Source: an uncultured Nocardioides sp. (GTDB lineage Bacteria; Actinomycetota; Actinomycetes; Propionibacteriales; Nocardioidaceae). Taken from it: DNA of 64,000 bases. Below are positions 8,743-15,196 of the stretch, one piece after another. The position numbers and the translations under genes are program-made. Where the stretch lies: the NCBI GenBank assembly GCA_964487275.1, contig CAZAQE010000028.1, positions 262 through 64,261 of the forward strand, written 5' to 3'. Position 1 is the stretch's first letter; each line of letters opens with the position of its first letter. The notes under the pieces were generated by a model that ran no database searches, was not told where the DNA came from, and worked only from the letters and a program-made list of their open reading frames with translations.

Positions 8743-10206
8743 ATGCTAAACGTGACCGAGGCCCTTGCGCGGGAGTACCTGCGAGTAAGTACCGACAAGA
8801 GTGGCCGCGGCGCGTCTGTCGCTCAGCAACACGACGAGAATCAGCGTGCCGCCGAGAGCCGCGGTTGGCGCCTGCTGCCGCCCTATAGCGAGCCTGAGGC
8901 GGTCTCGGCGTCGCGTTACTCCCGCAAGGCCCGTGAGGCGTTTGGCGACTTGCTCGAGGACATTGAATCAGGGTCGTTCGGGGCCGACGTCCTCGTTCTG
9001 TGGGAGGCGTCGCGGGGTTCCCGTCGCACGGGCGAGTGGGTCGACCTGATCGACGTCTGCGCCAGTCGCGACGTAAGGATTCACGTCACCTCCCACGGTC
9101 GGACCTACGACCCGACGAACCCCCGCGACCGCCGGACCCTTCTCGAGGACGCCGTTGATAGTGAGTACGAGTCCGCAAAACTCAGCGGCCGAGTCAGTCG
9201 CGCACTCGCCGCCAACGCGAGTGCTGGCCGTCCGCACGGGCAGATCCCCTACGGATACCGCCGCGTGTACGACGATCGCTCCGGTGCGCTGATCCGCCAG
9301 GAGCCCGATCCGGCAACCGCGCCGAACATTGCCGAGTTGTTCGCCCGCGTCCGTGCCGGCGACTCATTGCGCAGCATCGAGCGGGACTGGGCTGCGCGGG
9401 GCATCGTGAACAAGTCCGGTCGCCCCTTCGGTTCTGCGCACCTTCGCTCACTACTCGACGTTCGGGCCTACGCCGGTGACCGAGTGCACGGGAACCAAGT
9501 GCATGCCGGCGACTGGGAGCCCATCGTCGAGCGCGACACTTGGCAAGCCGTGCGAGCGATCCTCAGCGACCCGGCCCGGCGGACCAACCGGCCGGGCCGC
9601 GGCATCTACAAGGTGTCCATGATCGCCCGCTGCGGCGTCTGCGAAGGCCCGATGGCGGGAGACGCCAAAGTCGACGGACGCCGCCGAACCGAGCCCGTTT
9701 ACAGATGCCGCAACAACCACGTCACAGTTCCCCTCGCCAGCCTGGACCAACATGTCGAAGAAGTCGTCAGCGCGTACCTATCCCGCCCCGAAATCCGGAC
9801 GGCACTGTCAGCCGCCGCGGTGGAAAGCGGCGAGCTCCAAGCAGCACGGAACCGCGTGGCGAGACTCAAGGGCGAGTTAGACGACCTCTACGAGCGTGGC
9901 GCAAGCGGACAGATCTCGCCGGCAGGCGTGGCAGCGATGGAACCGGGCCTCCTAGGCCGCCTGAGCGGCGCTCAGGCCGACCTCGAGGCGCTACAGACCC
10001 CGAGTGCGCTCGTCGGCATCCTCGGCCGCGAGAGCGGTTCTGGAACGTCGCTGGGGGACCTGACCGTCGAGCGTCTTCGCGCAATCTACGACCTTGTCTG
10101 CACCCCTGACCTCCTCGGAGTTCCGCACGTCAACAGGTCATCCCGACGAGGGCCGAAACAACCCCCGGTTCGCGACCGAGTCGAGTGGCGACGCAGCTCG
10201 GACTGA
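8743..10206 (+). CDS. large serine recombinase (phage-type serine integrase)
   Basis: 487 aa. Resolvase catalytic N-domain (YLRVSTDKSG, VLVLWEASRGSRR), recombinase domain, zinc ribbon (CGVCEGPM...YRCRNNH) and a C-terminal coiled coil. Starts about 20 bp from the attL core. Confidence 0.95.
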   Translation: MLNVTEALAREYLRVSTDKSGRGASVAQQHDENQRAAESRGWRLLPPYSEPEAVSASRYSRKAREAFGDLLEDIESGSFGADVLVLWEASRGSRRTGEWVDLIDVCASRDVRIHVTSHGRTYDPTNPRDRRTLLEDAVDSEYESAKLSGRVSRALAANASAGRPHGQIPYGYRRVYDDRSGALIRQEPDPATAPNIAELFARVRAGDSLRSIERDWAARGIVNKSGRPFGSAHLRSLLDVRAYAGDRVHGNQVHAGDWEPIVERDTWQAVRAILSDPARRTNRPGRGIYKVSMIARCGVCEGPMAGDAKVDGRRRTEPVYRCRNNHVTVPLASLDQHVEEVVSAYLSRPEIRTALSAAAVESGELQAARNRVARLKGELDDLYERGASGQISPAGVAAMEPGLLGRLSGAQADLEALQTPSALVGILGRESGSGTSLGDLTVERLRAIYDLVCTPDLLGVPHVNRSSRRGPKQPPVRDRVEWRRSSD

Positions 10207-10600
10207 CGAGGCCAGGAGAACAAGATCCTCGCCATCCACAGCAAGATCTACTCGAAGTACAACAGCCAGCAGCCGGCCCAACCACCAACTCGATTAAGCG
10301 GCGCCAGTGGGCGTGTTCTGAGTGCGAATCGTGGCGGCGCCGCGCCTGCTAGATGCGCCTTTACGGGCACGCGTAGGTGCGCCCTGGGGACGAACGGGCC
10401 TCGTATGCAACACGCGCGTTAGTACGATTTTCCATGGAGGCGCCGGAAGATTCCGGCAAGGCTCCGCGCGCGGTTGGAAGAGCCGTCAGGACTGACCAGA
10501 CTGTCACCGCGCCGAGGGTTACAACCCGGTCGACTTGTCCCGGTCCCCTTGGAAAGACGCGACCGACCAGCCCCCACCCACAGACATTCACCTTCGCGAT

Positions 10601-10640
10601 CCGGGGGCGGTCACTTCCGCCAAGAAACTCCCGCCCCCGG
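10601..10640 (+). promoter_or_regulatory. 10-bp-stem hairpin CCGGGGGCGG-N20-CCGCCCCCGG just upstream of the first rightward gene
   Basis: Perfect inverted repeat read from the sequence. It lies within the 466-bp non-coding gap after int. Confidence 0.3.
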
Positions 10641-10671
10641 CTCGCTCCGTCCACTCCAAAGGAGCGACCTG

Positions 10672-10881
10672 ATGACAGTAGCCCCTTCTGCAACCCTCGA
10701 CCGAACTCGGCCGCGCTGGGCAGGCCCCACGGCCGCGGGCCGGTACATCGGCGTCACGGATCGCACGATCCGTAACTACATCGCGCGCGGACTCCTAACC
10801 GCCTATCACCTTCCCGGCTCAAACCATGTGCGGGTCGATCTGAACGAGATCGACGCCCTCATGGGAGCCGAGCGTGACTGA
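10672..10881 (+). CDS. excisionase-family HTH DNA-binding protein (69 aa)
   Basis: ATG at 10672 preceded by AAAGGAG. Segment YIGVTDRTIRNYIARGLLTAYHLPGSNHVRVDLNEID fits the MerR/Xis-type HTH_17 pattern. Confidence 0.7.
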   Translation: MTVAPSATLDRTRPRWAGPTAAGRYIGVTDRTIRNYIARGLLTAYHLPGSNHVRVDLNEIDALMGAERD

Positions 10882-11020
10882 GGCCGAGGCGAATCGGAGG
10901 CATGCCGCCTCAGTAGCCATGAGCGCTCCCGCTCCGTCGATGGATCAGCTCGAGCGGTTGGCGCGACTCCTGCGACCGACCGAGCCCTCCCCTGCCCTCT
11001 TGACTAGTGAGGCCGCGTGA
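10874..11020 (+). CDS. possible small ORF (48 aa)
   Basis: GTG overlaps the end of the previous gene. Its TGA overlaps the next start (GTGATG). Below the track threshold and has no recognisable domain. Confidence 0.3.
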   Translation: MTEAEANRRHAASVAMSAPAPSMDQLERLARLLRPTEPSPALLTSEAA

Positions 11021-11238
11021 TGAAGCGCCTCACTGTCGCCACTGTCACTCCCGCGCTCGACGTCTGGAACGGGTACGGCAGCCGCGACCTGCTCGAGCAG
11101 CACCGCGGCCGGCCTCCGGTCTGGTCGTCGAACCCCCGCGGCTGGGTCGCTCAGCCGGCCAACCGTGCTGACCTCATCGCCCTCGCCGAGCTCCGTGGAT
11201 TCGACGTGCGGGTCGAGGAAGCCGAGGTGGTCCGGTGA
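11020..11238 (+). CDS. hypothetical protein (72 aa)
   Basis: Track ORF 11017..11238 (GTG 11017 or ATG 11020). Stop overlaps the next start (GTGA). Confidence 0.5.
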   Translation: MKRLTVATVTPALDVWNGYGSRDLLEQHRGRPPVWSSNPRGWVAQPANRADLIALAELRGFDVRVEEAEVVR

Positions 11239-11504
11239 CCGATCCAGACCGCTTCTTCCGCGATCTGATGGCCGACTGCATGGCCGACGCGCTCGCTCAC
11301 CAGTGGCGAGAACGAGCCGACGTCATCAGAGCTGCTCGACCAAGGGAAGGCGATTACCTGGGGCAGAGCACAGTCGACGACCAGCGGGCACGGTGGCACC
11401 GCATGACCGCGATGGCCGCCGCTTGCGACGCCAAGGCCACCGTTGTCGCACGCGTGATGTTCCCGGAGATCGAGGACTTCCCCTTTTGGGAGGAGGCCGC
11501 GTGA
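11235..11504 (+). CDS. hypothetical protein (89 aa)
   Basis: Track ORF with overlapping GTGA junctions on both sides. Confidence 0.5.
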   Translation: MTDPDRFFRDLMADCMADALAHQWRERADVIRAARPREGDYLGQSTVDDQRARWHRMTAMAAACDAKATVVARVMFPEIEDFPFWEEAA

Positions 11505-12055
11505 GGGACCGCCAGAAGAAGATCGACTTCGAGCTAGACGAGTTCTCAGCCCACCGCAACGAGCACTGGAACGACAAGGCGGCCAACCCCCGGCACCCGC
11601 TCGCCCTCCGGGTCTACTTCGCCGCCCTCGGCCATCGTCGAGTCGGTGGCCACGCACCCTTCACGACGGGCGAGCTGGCCGAGTTGCTGGTGAACACCGA
11701 CGCGGTGATCCCGGACCGTCGCCGGGTGGCCGAGGCGATCCGGCAGTGCGTCCAGTGGGGCTACCTGGCGGAAGGCAGCAACGCCCTGTGTCTGGTGGTT
11801 CCGCTCGACGACGTCCAGGGCGGTCGGGGGCAGGAGTACCGCTGCCGCCGCAGCCACAGCAAGCGCGCAGCACAGGCCCATGCTGACGGCTGCGACTGCC
11901 CCCGCTGCTCACATGTGTCCGTGCCCAAACGGACACATGCCCCCGAAGTGTCCGTGCTCAACGTGGACACATTGCCCCTAGGTGTCCGCTTCCAGCCGGA
12001 CACCTCAAGCGGTGGCTCTCTCTTCTCTCTACCAACCCACGAGGAATCCGCATGA
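11501..12055 (+). CDS. hypothetical protein with a probable winged-helix DNA-binding domain (184 aa)
   Basis: Trimmed from track ORF 11165..12055 to the GTG at 11501, which is coupled to the previous stop. Segment FTTGELAELLVNTDAVIPDRRRVAEAIRQCVQWGYLAEG looks like a wHTH. C-terminus has CDCPRC. Confidence 0.5.
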   Translation: MRDRQKKIDFELDEFSAHRNEHWNDKAANPRHPLALRVYFAALGHRRVGGHAPFTTGELAELLVNTDAVIPDRRRVAEAIRQCVQWGYLAEGSNALCLVVPLDDVQGGRGQEYRCRRSHSKRAAQAHADGCDCPRCSHVSVPKRTHAPEVSVLNVDTLPLGVRFQPDTSSGGSLFSLPTHEESA

Positions 12056-12159
12056 GCGTCCAAATCCAATCCTGCGAACACCCGGCCGACGACCCGCGCT
12101 GGACCTGTTCCGCCTGCATCACCCACCTCGCCGCCGACCTCGACGGGAGTGACCGATGA
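12052..12159 (+). CDS. possible Cys-rich mini-protein (35 aa)
   Basis: ATG at 12052 overlaps the previous TGA, and its stop overlaps the next ATG. Sequence MSVQIQSCEHPADDPRWTCSACITH.... Confidence 0.35.
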   Translation: MSVQIQSCEHPADDPRWTCSACITHLAADLDGSDR

Positions 12160-12509
12160 ACGTCATCGGCGTCGAACACCTCACCCTCGAAACCCGAGAC
12201 CCCATCCAGCCGACGCTCGCCCGTTACGGCTTCGACCTCGGCCACCAGCACATCGGCCGCGACGACGTCTCCGTAGCCGTGTTCCGTGCCTCTGAATGCT
12301 TGGGGCTGGCGTCCCAGCCGCCCGCGTGGTTCGGCGTCGAGGAGCAGCCCGAGGACGCTGCTGCCTACTACTGGTGCGCCACCCCAGACAGCGACGACCG
12401 GCCTGCCGGTGCCCCGCTGCACGTCTCGACCACCGTGCCCTACCTCGAGCCCCGCTACGGCGACTCCTGGATCGCTTTCGTCGTCGAGATCCCCGAGACA
12501 GAGGAGTAG
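12156..12509 (+). CDS. hypothetical protein (117 aa)
   Basis: Track ORF, translationally coupled to the upstream mini-ORF. Confidence 0.5.
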   Translation: MNVIGVEHLTLETRDPIQPTLARYGFDLGHQHIGRDDVSVAVFRASECLGLASQPPAWFGVEEQPEDAAAYYWCATPDSDDRPAGAPLHVSTTVPYLEPRYGDSWIAFVVEIPETEE

Positions 12510-12513
12510 GCCC

Positions 12514-12831
12514 GTGCTCAGCAGCGAACAGCCTCGCCTCGCCCCCGACGACCTCGACCGCGCCAAGGATGCGTTCAACCACAGCCCCGCCTGTCAGGGC
12601 ACCGTCTGGGCCAGCTACGTCAACCGACTCGGCTCCCCGATGCTCCGATGCCGCGGCTGCGAACGTATCGTCCCCGTCGCCCGGCTCCTCGATCAGCTCA
12701 GGGAAGTCCCTCTCCGGCGCTACGTGATGCCCTGCATCCGCTGCGACCAGGACATCCGGCTCTACCGACCCAAGCCCCGCATCCCGCTGCACGAGAGCTG
12801 TGCTCGTAGGCGGCGCCAGGAGGGCCGCTGA
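12514..12831 (+). CDS. zinc-ribbon-like Cys-rich protein (105 aa)
   Basis: Trimmed from track ORF 12286..12831 to the in-frame GTG at 12514. Paired CxxC motifs (CRGC ... CIRC). Confidence 0.45.
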   Translation: MLSSEQPRLAPDDLDRAKDAFNHSPACQGTVWASYVNRLGSPMLRCRGCERIVPVARLLDQLREVPLRRYVMPCIRCDQDIRLYRPKPRIPLHESCARRRRQEGR

Positions 12832-12832
12832 G

Positions 12833-13219
12833 GTGCGATGGACGTTCCTGGCCGACGGGACGCCGTGCGTCGTCCTTGCGGCCGATGACAGCCTCTCCGA
12901 GCTTGTTGCGCTTGTCGACAGGACCGACCGCGCCACCGCCTACGCAGGCCGTCTCCCGTCGCCTGCGGCCGGACAGTTCGTGCGCCTTGGGCGGCACGTT
13001 CTCGCGGTTGCCGCACTGGTTCCGCAGCGGGAACCAACCACCGCGTCAGGGGCCTCCGGATCGGCACGATGGATCACAACGAAGGAAGCCGCAGACATCC
13101 TGCGAGTCACCGAGCGAGCCGTGCGCAAACGCATCGCCAACGGGTCACTCACGGCCCAAATGCTCGGCGGTCGCTGGCTCATAGACCTCAAGGAGATCCC
13201 CAATGCTGCAGCCGCATAA
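12833..13219 (+). CDS. protein with C-terminal excisionase-type HTH (128 aa)
   Basis: GTG at 12833 lies 9 nt after AGGAGG (the track start at 12800 is also possible). C-terminus WITTKEAADILRVTERAVRKRIANGSLTAQMLGGRWLIDLKEI. Confidence 0.6.
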   Translation: MRWTFLADGTPCVVLAADDSLSELVALVDRTDRATAYAGRLPSPAAGQFVRLGRHVLAVAALVPQREPTTASGASGSARWITTKEAADILRVTERAVRKRIANGSLTAQMLGGRWLIDLKEIPNAAAA

Positions 13220-13979
13220 CCCGCTTCTCGACACCTACCGCACCCTGAGCGGCAACGTGGTCGAGCTCGGCCGGGGCCTGTTCCCCGAGTTCACCTTTGC
13301 GAACGACGGCACCCCGGACTACATCCGCCGCGCCAAGAACGAGTGGCAGTTCATCCCGCGGCAGCTCAAGGTCATCGACGACACCCTCACGGAGCTTGGC
13401 GAGACGGTCGTCCAGATCAGTTTCGACGGCCGGCTCAGCGCACAGGCGAAGGCCGACGACCTCGCTTCGGCCACCGCCTCGATCAAGGCCAAGATCGACG
13501 CGGCGACAAGCGATGTCAGCACTCGTGCGGCGCATGTTCTCGACATCATGAAGACCGCGGCCTATCCCGCCCGCCCCGGCACCCCGGACGCGGCGCAGGA
13601 GGCCCGCATTGCAGGGATCAAGGCAGACCTACGGATGGTCTGGGACGTGCTCGAGTCCGACGAGGAGTTCGTCCCGGCGATCACCGAGTCACTCCGTCGT
13701 GCGATCGGTGACGGAGACGACCTCCAGTCCTGGCTCATCGCGTCAACGAGGTGGCCCGAGGACTACCTCCGCGCTCGAGGGGCCGAGTACCGGATCCGTC
13801 AGCTCCAGAGCGACCTCGCCTCAACTCTCGACGCCCACACGCCAGCCAACCTCGCCGAAGCACGACGCATCTACGCCGTCCTCGCAGACGGACGCCACGG
13901 ACTGCCGCTGCTCACGGTCCTGTTCGACCACCTCGACGGCATTGTCGACGACCTCGCCGCATGGCGGGGCGCCGCCTGA
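13203..13979 (+). CDS. hypothetical protein (258 aa), largest unassigned ORF of the element
   Basis: ATG lies 7 nt after AGGAG. Acidic and helical. No motif recognised. Confidence 0.55.
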   Translation: MLQPHNPLLDTYRTLSGNVVELGRGLFPEFTFANDGTPDYIRRAKNEWQFIPRQLKVIDDTLTELGETVVQISFDGRLSAQAKADDLASATASIKAKIDAATSDVSTRAAHVLDIMKTAAYPARPGTPDAAQEARIAGIKADLRMVWDVLESDEEFVPAITESLRRAIGDGDDLQSWLIASTRWPEDYLRARGAEYRIRQLQSDLASTLDAHTPANLAEARRIYAVLADGRHGLPLLTVLFDHLDGIVDDLAAWRGAA

Positions 13980-14107
13980 TGGACGGGGCATGCCGATCCT
14001 GCGAAGCGACCGAGTGCCCGACCGGCTGCGTGCGGCTCATCCAAGCCGACCGCCACGTCTGCGGGGCCAAGTGCTGCGACGACTGCACCCACACCCCTGG
14101 GGGGTGA
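13979..14107 (+). CDS. Cys-rich mini-protein (42 aa, 9 Cys)
   Basis: ATG overlaps the previous TGA (TGATG). Sequence MDGACRSCEATECPTGCVRLIQADRHVCGAKCCDDCTHTPGG. Confidence 0.4.
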   Translation: MDGACRSCEATECPTGCVRLIQADRHVCGAKCCDDCTHTPGG

Positions 14108-14203
14108 CTCCCCTCGGACCCCGAATCGAGGACTGTGGGTGAGGGCGCTCCGAGGTGCGGCACGCATTCTCGCTCGTTTTCCGATGACCATGAAGGAGGC
14201 CCT

Positions 14204-14671
14204 GTGGCCGCCGAATCAGCCCCTGAGGGCCACCCTGAGCGCCTTGCGCCCGCGGGTCTGAGTGCGCGGGCCGGCGAGTTCTGGGCGCGCATCCAGGACG
14301 AGTTTGAGCCGTCCGACGCCGAGACTGAGTTGCTGGTTGAGGTGGTGCAGACGATCACCGAGATCGACTCGTTGAAGGCCGCCCTGACTGCTGACGGTGT
14401 CTCGGTGCAGGGCTCAATGGGTCAGAAGCGCGTTCACCCGGCAGTCAATGAGATCCGACAGCACCGGATGGCATTGGCTCGGCTCCTCAAGCAGCTCGAT
14501 CTCAGCGACGAGGAGCCGGAGACGGAGGCGACCAAGGCGGCTCGCCGTGCCGCTCAGGCGCGCTGGTCTCAGTCCCGTGGCCGAGACCGGGCGCGGATTG
14601 CTGAGAACGGCCCTGCGTTACCCGAAGATCCGGAGGTAGCGGCCCTCAAGAAGTGGATGCAGGGCGCATGA
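14204..14671 (+). CDS. phage terminase small subunit, P27-family-like
   Basis: GTG at 14204 follows GAAGGAGG. Segment GLSARAGEFWARIQDEFEPSDAETELLVEVVQ...ADGVSVQGSMGQKRVHPAVNEIRQHRMALARLLKQLDL follows the P27 TerS layout. Confidence 0.6.
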   Translation: MAAESAPEGHPERLAPAGLSARAGEFWARIQDEFEPSDAETELLVEVVQTITEIDSLKAALTADGVSVQGSMGQKRVHPAVNEIRQHRMALARLLKQLDLSDEEPETEATKAARRAAQARWSQSRGRDRARIAENGPALPEDPEVAALKKWMQGA

Positions 14672-14832
14672 GGCGCCGTGAGAAGCAGCCCCCTCCGGAG
14701 CCTGAGCCGCCAGCGGAGGAGCGACAGTCGGACGTCCGCGACCGATTTCCCGTCCACTGCTCTGAGTGCGGCGCCGGCCCGCTCCCGCGTCCGTGGCGCG
14801 GAGGTGCGCGATGCCCGAACCACGCCCGCTAG
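14668..14832 (+). CDS. possible zinc-ribbon mini-protein (54 aa)
   Basis: ATG overlaps the TerS stop (ATGA). Sequence ...FPVHCSECGAGPLPRPWRGGARCPNHAR. Below the track threshold. Confidence 0.35.
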   Translation: MRRREKQPPPEPEPPAEERQSDVRDRFPVHCSECGAGPLPRPWRGGARCPNHAR

Positions 14833-14929
14833 CCGCGACGCCTCACTCGCTCAAGCGACAGGGCACTGTCCCCCCGTGGTACGGGGGCGCGCCCTGCCGC
14901 ACTACGACCGTACTTCCGAAGGAGAACCG

Positions 14930-15196
14930 ATGACCAGCGAGATCCCACCTGAGGTGGACGAGTATCTGATCGCCCTGCCGGCCGAGGTGAAGGAGACCTT
15001 GCTCGACCTGGTAAAGATCGCAGCCGACACGGACGTCGCCGGCAAGCACTACCTCATGAGCTGGACTATCGAGGTCTCCGAGTTCGCGCTGGCCGGACTC
15101 CGGGTGCGCGAGGACGCCACGATCGCACGTCTGCTCGCGACGGTCGGGCAGCTCCTTGCCGCGATCTACCGCAACGACGCGAAGGAGGTGGCGTGA
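14930..15196 (+). CDS. hypothetical protein (88 aa), positionally like a tail assembly chaperone
   Basis: ATG at 14930 follows GAAGGAG. Stop overlaps the tape-measure start (TGATG). Confidence 0.45.
   Translation: MTSEIPPEVDEYLIALPAEVKETLLDLVKIAADTDVAGKHYLMSWTIEVSEFALAGLRVREDATIARLLATVGQLLAAIYRNDAKEVA

Noticed and set aside
6627-8888. 753-aa plus-strand ORF, plus 7048..8721 and 7330..8724, overlapping holA and comEC
   Set aside because: These are alternative frames or antisense of the clearly recognisable comEC 3' fragment and holA, with low-complexity Arg/Pro/Gly composition.
10361-10775. ORFs 10361..10693 (minus) and 10377..10775 (plus) in the gap after the integrase
   Set aside because: No RBS. 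The translations are mutually antisense and rich in Arg, Pro and Ser, and the 3' part of the plus ORF is out of frame with the well-supported 10672..10881 gene. Treated as non-coding.
14668-14832. The 54-aa HCxxC...CxxH ORF next to TerS as an HNH endonuclease (HNH/P27-TerS pairing is common in phages)
   Set aside because: Too short, and it lacks the spaced His-Asn-His core. Kept only as a possible zinc-ribbon mini-protein.
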